From sequence record PQ657772.1: a DNA stretch of 64,000 bases. The stretch is one strand, 5' to 3'. The notes below the pieces were generated by a model. That model was not told where the DNA came from. It did no database searches and saw only the letters and a list, made by a program, of their open reading frames with translations. How positions within the stretch are numbered: the stretch's first letter is position 1; each line of letters begins with the position of its first letter. This document shows positions 1-9,957 of this stretch, piece by piece. A program made the position numbers and the translations under genes.

Positions 1-276
1 AATATCTTCGATGTATAAACAGATTCCACCTCGATCATTTAACACAAGCCAATCACCAAAACCACAACTGATGTTGCATATATTAAATTCTTCAATACCA
101 TCCGGTGAATACGCAATGAATGGACATATTTCATCTGATATACCATTTACATAGTTATTACATATTAAATCAAATGTATGTGAACTATAAGAATTATCAG
201 TACTGAAAATGTGCATTAATGAACTAGATAGAATTACTATTGTTTTTTCCCACATTTTTAAAAAATCGTTATTCAC
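1..276 (-). CDS. Hypothetical protein, truncated by window edge
   Basis: Manual translation: GGAG RBS, GTG start, frame open to position 1 (MNNDFLKMWEKT...). Confidence 0.7.
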   Translation of the reverse strand, partial: MNNDFLKMWEKTIVILSSSLMHIFSTDNSYSSHTFDLICNNYVNGISDEICPFIAYSPDGIEEFNICNISCGFGDWLVLNDRGGICLYIEDI

Positions 277-307
277 AACAACTACTCCATGTCAGTGTTG
301 TAATTAA

Positions 308-335
308 ATTATATCACCGAATCAAGATATGTCTC
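308..335 (-). promoter_or_regulatory. Extended -10 sigma70-type promoter
   Basis: Minus strand GAGACA-16 nt-TATAAT preceded by TGA; same layout as 14843-14870. Confidence 0.5.
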
Positions 336-639
336 ATGAGATTCGCATTTCATCCAGATATAAACTACATGCTTCGAAATTGTTGTCAGCACTTAAACCT
401 AAATCAACCATCAGACCACAATGCGTTCCACAGAATTTCTTTATGTATAGTTTCTTATTGTTTGTACCTAAGTCGTATACATATTCATTTTCGAAAATAG
501 TTTTTAAATCATTACAAATACTTTTTACTATCTTCATTACATCATTATGATACTCATATGGTATTCCATCTAGTTCATCAATGATAATAGCAAAACCATT
601 GTCATAGTACTTTAGTTTATTGAATGTTTGTATATCCAT
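334..639 (-). CDS. Hypothetical protein
   Basis: ORF tiles with neighbours. Confidence 0.75.
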   Translation of the reverse strand: MDIQTFNKLKYYDNGFAIIIDELDGIPYEYHNDVMKIVKSICNDLKTIFENEYVYDLGTNNKKLYIKKFCGTHCGLMVDLGLSADNNFEACSLYLDEMRIS

Positions 640-936
640 TTAATATATAATCTCACTTACTTCTATGGTGTAGACACCATCATCAGTCATTAATCTAACT
701 GCAACTTTAATATTACTAGACATTCGTGTAACTATCAATCCAATAATTATACCATTCTTTAAAGTACCATTATGGTATCTAACTTTTACTTCAGTTTTAT
801 TATCAATTAAGTATCTTCTAATTATGTGTATTTCCGTTCTAAACAGTTCTAAATAAACTTCACTATACTCCTTATCAGAACCATCAGCACAGCTATACAA
901 TAAATGTACCTGTTCTAACAAAAGTTTTAAATTCAT
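640..936 (-). CDS. Hypothetical helix + small beta-barrel type protein
   Basis: ORF tiles with neighbours; pattern resembles 9.2-11.4 kb family. Confidence 0.75.
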   Translation of the reverse strand: MNLKLLLEQVHLLYSCADGSDKEYSEVYLELFRTEIHIIRRYLIDNKTEVKVRYHNGTLKNGIIIGLIVTRMSSNIKVAVRLMTDDGVYTIEVSEIIY

Positions 937-1235
937 AAGAACCTCACAGATTTAATATTACTTGTTACATGTTTAAACACAGTGTTATTGAATACATAAC
1001 AAATAGTATTAAGAGATTTATAAAAATTAACATCAGTTATTACTGCTTTGGAACCATTGATTAAGCACTGTGATGACGGTAATTTATTTTCTAATATATT
1101 CTTTTCATCTGAACAAAGTGTTCCAATACAATCATAATATAAAGGCTCACCAACTTTATCAGTACTAAGAAAATCGAAAGCAAGATCATCTATTAGTTTT
1201 ATGTAATTGAATAAATTTTGATAGTACTCATTCAT
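933..1235 (-). CDS. Hypothetical protein
   Basis: Start moved to MNEYYQN to remove overlap. Confidence 0.7.
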   Translation of the reverse strand: MNEYYQNLFNYIKLIDDLAFDFLSTDKVGEPLYYDCIGTLCSDEKNILENKLPSSQCLINGSKAVITDVNFYKSLNTICYVFNNTVFKHVTSNIKSVRFL

Positions 1236-1479
1236 TGTCAATCCTCTTGAATTTAGCATTATTCGAATAAGTATATGAATGTCCAAAATCATTTACACCA
1301 TGCACATTCAATACACCGTCGATGAAATAGATTCGGTCAATGGTGAGTTCACGTTTATAATCCGAATCATCATACCAGCACAGAACACGAATACCTTTGT
1401 ACTTTGTCGTTAGCTCTTTTTCTAATGTAACTAAGTACTCGACATAACTTTTGAATAGCTCTAAGTCCTGTTCAAACAT
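1228..1479 (-). CDS. Hypothetical protein
   Basis: Tiling ORF. Confidence 0.75.
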   Translation of the reverse strand: MFEQDLELFKSYVEYLVTLEKELTTKYKGIRVLCWYDDSDYKRELTIDRIYFIDGVLNVHGVNDFGHSYTYSNNAKFKRIDNE

Positions 1480-1739
1480 CAGTGTTCCTCGTATAATTCC
1501 ATGTCATCAACTCCAACTTGGCGAATTGCAGTACTTCTTTTAAATGTACCTTTTTCATATAAACATACAGTTAAACGTATTTCACACTTCAATGCACTGT
1601 AATAAATCATATCAATAACACCATATGTTTCATACATTTCTAAGTATACATTTCGTCCTAAGTACTTTTCTTCTAAATCAGTAATTAGACTATTGATAAG
1701 ATTACCTATCTGTGATATATCTGTGTGAAATTTATCCAT
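1479..1739 (-). CDS. Hypothetical protein
   Basis: Tiling ORF, TAATG coupling. Confidence 0.75.
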   Translation of the reverse strand: MDKFHTDISQIGNLINSLITDLEEKYLGRNVYLEMYETYGVIDMIYYSALKCEIRLTVCLYEKGTFKRSTAIRQVGVDDMELYEEH

Positions 1740-1915
1740 TACAATAATCCTCTCACATAAAACATTGATGAAAATAGATAATCTTCAGTACTGGAATTTA
1801 GTAGTTTATTAAAATTATAATTTTTATGTTTATTTTCATACAAAGACATTCTGTAGTATCTTTCTATATTTTCTAAGTAGTCTTTTCGTAATAACATCTG
1901 TGTTGTTACATTCAC
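1739..1915 (-). CDS. 58-aa hypothetical protein (not in ORF track)
   Basis: GTG start after AAGG; fills gap; STEDYLFSSMFY resembles degenerate FQxS motif. Confidence 0.6.
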   Translation of the reverse strand: MNVTTQMLLRKDYLENIERYYRMSLYENKHKNYNFNKLLNSSTEDYLFSSMFYVRGLL

Positions 1916-1928
1916 TATAATGTACCTT

Positions 1929-1961
1929 AAAAGAAAAAGGGACCAATATATGATCCCTTTT
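1929..1961 (-). terminator. Intrinsic terminator after pseT
   Basis: AAAAGGGATCA-TATAT-TGGTCCCTTTT followed by T run on minus strand. Confidence 0.75.
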
Positions 1962-1964
1962 GTA

Positions 1965-2897
1965 TTAGAAATTTCCTTCAGCCACTTGGAAAACTTTCAA
2001 CCCAAGTAGCTTACGCCACATGAATACAACTTGATTGCGGTCATCATAAACCTTTTTAACATCGTAATGATCAACCACATTTTTCATGTACAGGTCGAAT
2101 TTTACAACATCATCAGGACGTTTATCATCAATGTCTCGCATAAACAATGCATCATAAGGAACACCCCAATTCTTAAGCCACTGTTCGGTGTCAGCACGAC
2201 ACCCTTCAGTACGCCCACTCATGACGATAATCTTGCGTTTATGAAAAACTGCTTCTGCGATAATAGACAAAATAACTTCTTCGTCTGGTGTATCCTGGAG
2301 TACAGTACTTTCATCGAACGGGTTACGGCCCCATTTATGAGCAAGAGTACCGTCGATATCAACGATAATAGCAGCTTCTCGTGAATTACCATAGTAACCA
2401 ATGTGCAATGCTTTACTATAATAGTACGTATCTGCCATAGTGTCAATGATATTATCTTGTACTGAACGCTCACGCTGGAGGTTATATTTCTTACAAAGTT
2501 TTACGAACTCTTTAATCTTAAAGAATTCATGAACATCTGCACCACGGTCTTCATTAGGTACAAAATCATCATAGAAGTTCTTTTCTTTGTAATCATAACC
2601 ATTATCTATAGCCCATACTTTCCATAGATTACGGAAATGTTGTTTAAGGTTCGTATCGGATATGATGATGTTCCAACCATTCTCTGCGGCTGAATTTGCT
2701 GCACTGAACTGTAAATTAGTTACGTACTGCTCATTAGCATCGTTGAATTTGTAAGCATCATGTGACCCAGCCATAGATTCACGAATATCATCACGGTTGA
2801 TGTTGATAGTCTTGGATTTGGCTTTTTTAATCTCTTGCACTGCCCATGTAGTTTTACCACACCCAGGCAATCCAACTGTTAGTGTGATAGTTGGCAT
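1965..2897 (-). CDS. pseT: Polynucleotide 5'-kinase / 3'-phosphatase (T4 PseT-like)
   Basis: P-loop GLPGCGKT, INRDDIR, HAD motif DIDGTLA, SGR, YDDR. Confidence 0.93.
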   Translation of the reverse strand: MPTITLTVGLPGCGKTTWAVQEIKKAKSKTININRDDIRESMAGSHDAYKFNDANEQYVTNLQFSAANSAAENGWNIIISDTNLKQHFRNLWKVWAIDNGYDYKEKNFYDDFVPNEDRGADVHEFFKIKEFVKLCKKYNLQRERSVQDNIIDTMADTYYYSKALHIGYYGNSREAAIIVDIDGTLAHKWGRNPFDESTVLQDTPDEEVILSIIAEAVFHKRKIIVMSGRTEGCRADTEQWLKNWGVPYDALFMRDIDDKRPDDVVKFDLYMKNVVDHYDVKKVYDDRNQVVFMWRKLLGLKVFQVAEGNF

Positions 2898-2900
2898 CCA

Positions 2901-3230
2901 TTAATCCTCTAAAAATTTAACATGCTCTATATTATGATAGGTGAGCCATTCCTGTGGTGTTCCCTTGCGTATTAAAACACCAATATACGCAATACCATTA
3001 ATTAGACCATTACTATCAGTATTCACATCAACTTTCACAATCTCGGAATCGTACCAGTGTTTGAATGTGTAATCCCAACATCTGACTTTCTTTCCAATAA
3101 GATTGCTCTTGTATTTGTCAATCATTTCATCGACGATAGTTTGTACTGAATTTTTAATTTCAGCTTCTACTGACTTTATATGTAGTAAATTACTTTGTGC
3201 ATTGTTTATCATTGTATTTCCCAATCCCAA
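2901..3230 (-). CDS. Hypothetical protein
   Basis: Tiling ORF. Confidence 0.7.
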   Translation of the reverse strand: MGLGNTMINNAQSNLLHIKSVEAEIKNSVQTIVDEMIDKYKSNLIGKKVRCWDYTFKHWYDSEIVKVDVNTDSNGLINGIAYIGVLIRKGTPQEWLTYHNIEHVKFLED

Positions 3231-3426
3231 ATCGCTTGGAGATTTTCACAAGTACAGATTCATCACAACGAATACTAGCAGTATCATTGGATGAACTGTA
3301 CTTTAATGGGGTCCACTGTAATTGAGATTCTTCTAGGAACTTGATACATCTGAAATAATCTTTCAAGGAAAGAAATTTAACTACTGACATATCCTGAACA
3401 ATACTATGCTGAACTTCAACTTTCAT
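3190..3426 (-). CDS. Hypothetical protein
   Basis: Tiling ORF with GGAG RBS. Confidence 0.65.
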   Translation of the reverse strand: MKVEVQHSIVQDMSVVKFLSLKDYFRCIKFLEESQLQWTPLKYSSSNDTASIRCDESVLVKISKRFGIGKYNDKQCTK

Positions 3427-3435
3427 ATGAACTCC

Positions 3436-3693
3436 TTATAGTGGGTCGAATTTATTTTCACGTTTCGATGTATAGCGAGTTACATCATGTATTCTCGGCT
3501 TAACACCTTTTGGTTTCCTTTTCTTCTTGTATTCAGTACTACTACACCCGAAAGTATTCTCGATTCGTTTCTTACTAATCTTCACACCTTTCTTAGAGCG
3601 TTTGTGCTGTAATTCATCGATTTCTTCTTGTATTTTCCTGAATTCTGTCGGAGAAAGGGAACCGTCATTTTTATACTTAGGTTTAGCCATCAC
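3436..3693 (-). CDS. Small lysine/arginine-rich protein
   Basis: Strongly basic composition; AGGAG RBS. Confidence 0.7.
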   Translation of the reverse strand: MMAKPKYKNDGSLSPTEFRKIQEEIDELQHKRSKKGVKISKKRIENTFGCSSTEYKKKRKPKGVKPRIHDVTRYTSKRENKFDPL

Positions 3694-3719
3694 TTCTCCT
3701 TGTGCTAGGCTAGATAGTA

Positions 3720-4862
3720 CTAAAAATCCTTTAGTACAATTTTCATGTACTTAATAAGAGTCTCTTTGTAATCGACTTTCTTATTGTTGTACATTGCAAA
3801 GGCCAAGCCCTGACGATTCAGTTCATTAGTTAAACACTCCTGAACCTTCTTAGCGAATTCCTTTCGCTCCAAGTGCTTGTGTTCCTTGACGAAGCTTTCA
3901 ACTTCATCTTGTAAAGCATTATAGCACGAAAAGACTAGTTGTTCCATTCTTAATATCTTTTGGGTAGCATATTCGTCAGTACTGAACAACTGTTTTAAAT
4001 CATCACTCGAACCATTTAATACAGCTTCATATAAATGGGAATCGATTATAATACTGTCTTTCGTTAAATGCAAAGAACAATACCAGTCGGTTTTGATTTT
4101 GCACATTGTACCATTATTTAGGATGCACACAAAACCTTCAATGTCAAGCATTTTCTTAACTTCTTCAACACTTTCTTTGAATGTAGCACGAACAGGGAAA
4201 GTGTAATGAATATCTTTACCTGTCATGTTAGTACTGTACTGTGCAAGGCATGGAAACTTGTTACGTAATGCAGAACCACATAATAGTTCACCACTCTTGC
4301 GATGGCGAACGTTTAGTACAAATATTTGTTCAACCTGGTATGGTAATACAATACGGTACTCTGGACTTGTATACTCCAGATTAACAGTATAGCCCAAACG
4401 GTCTGCTTCGTCAATGTATTGATACAAATTTTGGTTCTCATTGAGAAGACGAGTACTGTTAATCGCATGATCTGAATACAATGCAGTATGTGATTTACAA
4501 CGAATTACACCATCATTATCACGGTAAGTACTGATTACTGAACCATCCAACTTAGGCATCACTACTGTAATGTCATCGAATGTGGTATCAGCAGGGAACA
4601 TTGTAGCAGGATTTTCGTAAGCATTGAAGAACTTTTTCATAGTACGAGCAGCACAACGAATCATATCACCGTCTTCATCAATTTCCCACATAGAACCACG
4701 TGTTTCTAATGCATTGGGTTGCATGAAATCGGTATATGATGCTAGACGATAACTGAATACACGATACGTTCCACCAGCAGGACTTTTATGATCCACATAA
4801 AAGAAAGCCTCACGGGTATTACATAAGTGCATTAAATCTTCATATATTTGTAAAAGGGTCAT
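3720..4862 (-). CDS. rnlA: RNA ligase 1 (T4 Rnl1/gp63-like)
   Basis: Motif I PKLDGS, KFFN, LEYTSPEYRIV, EGFV, KIKTDWY; near pseT. Confidence 0.92.
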   Translation of the reverse strand: MTLLQIYEDLMHLCNTREAFFYVDHKSPAGGTYRVFSYRLASYTDFMQPNALETRGSMWEIDEDGDMIRCAARTMKKFFNAYENPATMFPADTTFDDITVVMPKLDGSVISTYRDNDGVIRCKSHTALYSDHAINSTRLLNENQNLYQYIDEADRLGYTVNLEYTSPEYRIVLPYQVEQIFVLNVRHRKSGELLCGSALRNKFPCLAQYSTNMTGKDIHYTFPVRATFKESVEEVKKMLDIEGFVCILNNGTMCKIKTDWYCSLHLTKDSIIIDSHLYEAVLNGSSDDLKQLFSTDEYATQKILRMEQLVFSCYNALQDEVESFVKEHKHLERKEFAKKVQECLTNELNRQGLAFAMYNNKKVDYKETLIKYMKIVLKDF

Positions 4863-5122
4863 TTTATTACCTCTATATCTACATCTGTGCCATAGTAGGA
4901 AACGTAACCATTATCCGACTTACATTGAATTGATAACTCAGATTCATAGTATGTTACTTTGATCACTGTTAGTACTTTTTCTTCAATTTCTCCCGTTAAA
5001 TAATCCATTTCACGAACACGAACATTGGTTCCTTTTGGGAGTTCTTGTGCAATTTTATTAACAAGTTCAAAAGCAGCTTCTTCAAGTGTGTGCAACAATT
5101 GCAATCTATCTTGGATATTCAT
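4859..5122 (-). CDS. Hypothetical protein
   Basis: Start moved to MNIQDRL after GGTGG RBS. Confidence 0.7.
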   Translation of the reverse strand: MNIQDRLQLLHTLEEAAFELVNKIAQELPKGTNVRVREMDYLTGEIEEKVLTVIKVTYYESELSIQCKSDNGYVSYYGTDVDIEVIK

Positions 5123-5123
5123 A

Positions 5124-5813
5124 TTATTTCCACCAAGTTGTATCTCGACCACCAGACAAAGATTCGTTGTACTGATGCCTGAAATTAGTATTTGGATTAT
5201 TTGTCATTGTACTAATAAAATCAAATTTAACATTCTCTTGAATGTAATTAATAACATTATCTTTAAATTTAATAGTACTGAAGTCTAAATCTAAATGTTC
5301 ATACAATACAGGATGACAAAACTCATGTGTACGCAATGATGGCATGGTATCCTTAATGTATTGCACAGTGTTAATCATTGCATTGTACTCAGGCATAGCA
5401 CGCATCATCATTAGCTGAAAGTGTTCTTCCTCTGACATTGACTCATCCAAATCAATAACGACTTCATCATTTTTAGAGTCATATACTTTAATGGAACTCT
5501 TTGTTGGATCAAGCATAGCCCACTCTGGATACAGGCATGTTTTCCAAAAAGGATTATTGCACTGAAACATACTAATGAGATTTTGATTTTTATCAAAAAT
5601 AGCAAATCCAAGATCCGAACTTGGCTGTACTTCACATACACAAATATCATAAGGGGAGTCTTCAGTACTGAATGAACCAACTACATTTGATATATGTGAA
5701 TATGGAGTTTCTCTTGATTTTAATTCAAAGGCTCTCTCCATACGATTAACCTGTGGTTGTAATGTAATTACACCCCTCAGTACATATAAAATTCTATCTA
5801 AATCTTTAATCAA
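5124..5813 (-). CDS. FQxS-motif family protein (outlier copy)
   Basis: Motif MSEEEHFQLMMM. Confidence 0.7.
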   Translation of the reverse strand: MIKDLDRILYVLRGVITLQPQVNRMERAFELKSRETPYSHISNVVGSFSTEDSPYDICVCEVQPSSDLGFAIFDKNQNLISMFQCNNPFWKTCLYPEWAMLDPTKSSIKVYDSKNDEVVIDLDESMSEEEHFQLMMMRAMPEYNAMINTVQYIKDTMPSLRTHEFCHPVLYEHLDLDFSTIKFKDNVINYIQENVKFDFISTMTNNPNTNFRHQYNESLSGGRDTTWWK

Positions 5814-6388
5814 AATTCTATCCCCGTATCGGTTAATTTCGTTCCGTCCATGTACTTAACAGTTATTTCCATGCGTCGATCAGTACTCAATTTTTGAAGA
5901 TCATTGAAGTACAATTTAAATTCTTCAAAGAACTCAAGTGGTGGAATATCGTATAAAGTACTAATCTGGAAGTGCTCAGGTAATCCAAATTTCAATATAT
6001 CAATCTTAGGCATAAGTCCATCGGCTGCTGCACCTTCTGGTGTACTGCTGTCTGCTACATAAAACATAGAATTACCATGACGCTGGATAACGAATACGCA
6101 ATCATCTTCACTTATATAAATCATATTTCCAAGGTATGGATCGTTATCACACCAATTGTCATGGACGAATTGATCAACTTGAAGTAAATCGTGTATAATT
6201 CCTCGACCACTATCATCGATTCTAATATGTAAACCAGAATCACTTTTGCTCAACCAGCGGTATTTTGAATCACATCCTGATTCCATAACTGGATATTTTG
6301 AAAAATTCATATCAGTACCATTATAAAACCAATCGTACCACTCATTACGCATACTAATCAGCTTAGTACTTAATTCTAATACATTCAT
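5810..6388 (-). CDS. FQxS-motif family protein (outlier copy)
   Basis: Motif LPEHFQISTLYD. Confidence 0.7.
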   Translation of the reverse strand: MNVLELSTKLISMRNEWYDWFYNGTDMNFSKYPVMESGCDSKYRWLSKSDSGLHIRIDDSGRGIIHDLLQVDQFVHDNWCDNDPYLGNMIYISEDDCVFVIQRHGNSMFYVADSSTPEGAAADGLMPKIDILKFGLPEHFQISTLYDIPPLEFFEEFKLYFNDLQKLSTDRRMEITVKYMDGTKLTDTGIEF

Positions 6389-6395
6389 TTTAGTT

Positions 6396-6698
6396 TTATC
6401 CTCTTAGTTTAATAGTACTGGCTGGGTAATCTACCATAGTACTATCTGGTAATCCTATACAGTAATAAGGAAAATATCCCATCTTTATATTAATACCAAT
6501 TAACATTCCAGTTTTATATGAAGTATTAATTTCATAGTGGTCGTCTATATCAACCGCCAGTCCATATAAGGATATGTTACAATCCTTGATGTATCGTTCA
6601 AAGATTTTATACATTGATGTGTATACAGTTCCATTGGATTCTCTCACTACATCAGCCAACAACTTTATAGTACTGTTAATCAAATCTATACTAATCAT
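6396..6698 (-). CDS. Hypothetical protein
   Basis: Tiling ORF. Confidence 0.7.
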   Translation of the reverse strand: MISIDLINSTIKLLADVVRESNGTVYTSMYKIFERYIKDCNISLYGLAVDIDDHYEINTSYKTGMLIGINIKMGYFPYYCIGLPDSTMVDYPASTIKLRG

Positions 6699-6711
6699 CT
6701 TTGTACCTGCG

Positions 6712-6737
6712 AAAAAAGACCAGCAAACGCTGGCCTC
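6712..6737 (-). terminator. Intrinsic terminator
   Basis: GAGGCCAGC-GTTT-GCTGGTCTT then T run. Confidence 0.75.
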
Positions 6738-6742
6738 AAAAT

Positions 6743-7024
6743 TTAAATTATTTCATATAGACAATATACACCATCAACGCCATCACAAGGAAAATCAACA
6801 TAGAAATTCACACTAACAGTATCATAATCAATCTCAGTGATGCGTCCGGTTTTACCTACACTCTTTACAAATAGTTCAGAACCAAGATATACAAACTCAA
6901 ACTCATCTGCATACTCTTTTATAATATCAGCGAAATCACAACCATATCTGGGATCAGTATTAATAATCTCAAGATATAATGTAATGTATTGTTCGTATGA
7001 CCATGTGTGTAGGTAAAAATCCAT
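6743..7024 (-). CDS. Hypothetical protein
   Basis: AAGGA RBS, tiling ORF. Confidence 0.7.
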   Translation of the reverse strand: MDFYLHTWSYEQYITLYLEIINTDPRYGCDFADIIKEYADEFEFVYLGSELFVKSVGKTGRITEIDYDTVSVNFYVDFPCDGVDGVYCLYEII

Positions 7025-7033
7025 AACAGTTCC

Positions 7034-7762
7034 TTAGAAATATACCATACCCATCAATTCTGAATCTTCAGGGCGAGTATAACCTTGTTTCTTAACTTTA
7101 AAGTAGAAGGATTCATTATCTTCTAAATTATAACGTTTCTTTAAGCAACGGGTGTATGTTTGGCAATTAGGTGAAACCCATTCATAAACATGAACACCAT
7201 TTTCATCATAACCATTAATACTACAACGGTTTCCTTCGTGTTTCTTGAAGTTTTTACTCTTCTCAGTGAATTCTTTTACCGATGTAGTGGATGGTTTTTT
7301 ATATTCAAATGGAACTTCTGTTATACGAAAATAGAAATATTGGTCGTCTTCATCATATCCAACTAGCACTGTGTTAGTTTCACGTACATTGTAATGATTC
7401 TTACTTTTCAATTCATTTTCATATATATCTTTTAATACCTCATCGAATACAATATCACTTGCTGCATTTGGGTCTGAAACCCCACTAATACGGCGTTCAA
7501 TAATAAAATCGGTGAATTTGCGGTCTTCTGAAATATCTTCATTCATATAAAGACTTACGAACTTATCCTTGTATGTCTTTACGCTATATTGTTTGCTTTG
7601 AACTTCACTATAAACATCAGCTAACATGTTAGCTTGTCCACATTGTATACCGCTAGATGAATATGCCGCAGCATGTTCAGCCATAACAGATGTTAACATT
7701 TGGAAATTTGCAATATTGAGTTGATTCGCCATTTCTGTTGCAAATTTTATATTATCTATCAT
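7034..7762 (-). CDS. Hypothetical protein
   Basis: 242-aa ORF with AAGGA RBS. Confidence 0.8.
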   Translation of the reverse strand: MIDNIKFATEMANQLNIANFQMLTSVMAEHAAAYSSSGIQCGQANMLADVYSEVQSKQYSVKTYKDKFVSLYMNEDISEDRKFTDFIIERRISGVSDPNAASDIVFDEVLKDIYENELKSKNHYNVRETNTVLVGYDEDDQYFYFRITEVPFEYKKPSTTSVKEFTEKSKNFKKHEGNRCSINGYDENGVHVYEWVSPNCQTYTRCLKKRYNLEDNESFYFKVKKQGYTRPEDSELMGMVYF

Positions 7763-7787
7763 TTCACATTCCTTGTGTTTATGATTT

Positions 7788-8720
7788 TCATATTTTTAAT
7801 TTATTTTCGAGTAAACATTTACATACATAATCAATAACAAGATTTATGTCTTGTAAATCAAATGTTTCAGTATACCCATCACCAAAATAATCCTTTGGCA
7901 ATTTACTACTATTTTTAAGCAGATTTAAAATATTATATTCTACACTTTTAATAACTTCGGTATTTCCAGTAAAATAATATAATTCCTCTACTATAAAATT
8001 AGTTTTTGACCTAATACTAATTAGTCTTGATTTATCAATCTTTGTAGAAATACCAACTTTATATTTTATTAAAATATTTTGTTCATATATTCCTAAAATA
8101 TATAATTTACTTTCTTCTGGGATTGGTCTGATACAATTGCAGTTAAGAGATCCACATTTAACTCTACTATAATTAATATATTTGTCAAAATTACACGCTG
8201 TACAATAAAATCTAACCTTATATTGTGTACCACGGTATGTAGATTTATCCATATATATTGTATTTGAGTAATCTTTTATTTTATTCATAATAGTGTTATA
8301 TGCTTCGTCGATATCTAACGGCATACAATATGATGAATGACATTTACAATATGAACCTCTAGACTTAACATCATGCACCGTCATATATCTTTCAAACGCA
8401 CAATCGTCACAATAAAATCTAGATTTGTTTTTTGTAGTTGTGAATGTGGAAATATCTAATTTTAATTTTGAATTAATTTCACCCAATTTATTATATAAAG
8501 TTTTAAATGTGGGACAGTGACAAAATATTCCATTTTTGTACACATTCCTAACTATGATATTTTTACTAAACCCACATTCATCACAGAAAAAAGTTGATTT
8601 GTTTGATATGGTAGTGTATGTTGTTCTATCCATTTTTACCGATGAACCAATTGAACTCAATTTTTCATCAACCAGTCTGAATACTTCAGAATCTGGCTTT
8701 TTACTTGGCACTTTACACAC
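7788..8720 (-). mobile_element. Putative free-standing homing endonuclease: three Cys-rich zinc-ribbon repeats + C-terminal T5orf172/GIY-YIG-superfamily domain
   Basis: Repeats ..FFCDECGF / ..FYCDDCAF / ..FYCTACNF; C-terminal LYIL...YKVGIS...R...VE...DGYTETF; lower GC than neighbours. Confidence 0.7.
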
Positions 8721-8769
8721 TCCTTGTGTTAGTTATTGTTCCTCATCCAATATTATATCACTACTTGAG

Positions 8770-9054
8770 CTATTGTCCCGCTTTGTAACAATAAAGATTC
8801 TCAAATTTAAAGTTCTCTATATCACATTCCTCACGAACTCGGTTCTTGTTCCAGAACAGAATACGAATCCTTTCATAATCACGATAAACACTAATAATAC
8901 TTTTGTGTTTAGATTTGTAGTACTGCTGTATAACCTGAAGAGTTATATCCCTCAACTTGGACTTAATTGGGTAAGACAAATCATTACTAGTTGTTATGGC
9001 ATAAACCATCTTCATTGTTTCAGCAACAAGTACTTCATTCGATTTATTTGCCAT
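8770..9054 (-). CDS. Hypothetical protein
   Basis: Start moved to MANKSNE (AAGGA RBS). Confidence 0.7.
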   Translation of the reverse strand: MANKSNEVLVAETMKMVYAITTSNDLSYPIKSKLRDITLQVIQQYYKSKHKSIISVYRDYERIRILFWNKNRVREECDIENFKFENLYCYKAGQ

Positions 9055-9217
9055 TAAAATCCTTACAAACACTATGTAAAGTAAATCCTAAACCAACACC
9101 AACAATTGGGAATAGTAAATTAACATACCATGTGTTCATTGTTAAAAAGGAATAAGCACCTGAAGCTGTCAGTACTGCCAATGAAAAAAGACTCCAGATA
9201 AAAAATACTGTTCTCAT
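9044..9217 (-). CDS. 57-aa two-helix membrane protein (not in ORF track)
   Basis: MRTVFFIWSLFSLAVLTASGAYSFLTMNTWYVNLLFPIVGVGLGFTLHSVCKDFNGK; ATGA overlap with upstream gene. Confidence 0.7.
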   Translation of the reverse strand: MRTVFFIWSLFSLAVLTASGAYSFLTMNTWYVNLLFPIVGVGLGFTLHSVCKDFNGK

Positions 9218-9504
9218 AAAAATGTTACCTCATCAAATGAAAAGTTTAAGTACGTTGTTGAATCTTGGTCTAAACTATGAATAGTAATATGACCATTGAA
9301 ATAAAAAGAAACATCAACTATTTGAAGTTTTGGGTATTTTCTAGTACTGAAATATCTACCCACTAACGCAGCATATATATAATCCCTGTACTCTTGTGTG
9401 ATGAATTTATACATATTATGATTTGCACTACACTTTTCATCATAAGTATTAGTATATTCTTTCATCAGTAGAGCATATGTTTTTTGTATCAATATAATAT
9501 TCAT
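9214..9504 (-). CDS. QFTY-type small protein family member
   Basis: MNIILIQKTYALL; C-terminal VDV..G.I beta strands. Confidence 0.7.
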   Translation of the reverse strand: MNIILIQKTYALLMKEYTNTYDEKCSANHNMYKFITQEYRDYIYAALVGRYFSTRKYPKLQIVDVSFYFNGHITIHSLDQDSTTYLNFSFDEVTFL

Positions 9505-9764
9505 CTATAGTTTAATATTGAAATGGGTAGACTATATATATGTACGTAAAGTTTATCAACTCTTTCCATATTCACTTTTAAAGTACTTCCAAGACGACTG
9601 ATGCTATCTATACGATAAAGCACGTCATTCAGCATCATTACGGTATCGGTGTAATCTTCACTAAGAGATTCAATGTAGATATCTTCAAGTTTCACATCCA
9701 TGCGTGGGATATCTAAATCCCTCAATAAACGCAGTGTTTGCACGATCAGTTCAGCTTTAGTCAT
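9501..9764 (-). CDS. Hypothetical protein
   Basis: Start moved to MTKAELIVQ to remove overlap. Confidence 0.65.
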   Translation of the reverse strand: MTKAELIVQTLRLLRDLDIPRMDVKLEDIYIESLSEDYTDTVMMLNDVLYRIDSISRLGSTLKVNMERVDKLYVHIYSLPISILNYR

Positions 9765-9957
9765 GGATACGCTCACAATTAAGGCAATAAATGCACTCAA
9801 TGTCAGGTCGCCATGATTTATCAAAATCTTTGTGCTGTTCTTCAGTGTATTCCGAATCATCATTGATGGGAAAGAAATCACCAGCACCAGTGGCCCAGTC
9901 TGAATCTAAACGGAAACGAGCTAATTGAGTACTGTTGCAATACGGACATTTATTCAA
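9757..9957 (-). CDS. Small Cys-rich (zinc-binding) protein
   Basis: CPYC near N-terminus and CxxCxxC near C-terminus. Confidence 0.65.
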   Translation of the reverse strand: MNKCPYCNSTQLARFRLDSDWATGAGDFFPINDDSEYTEEQHKDFDKSWRPDIECIYCLNCERIHD

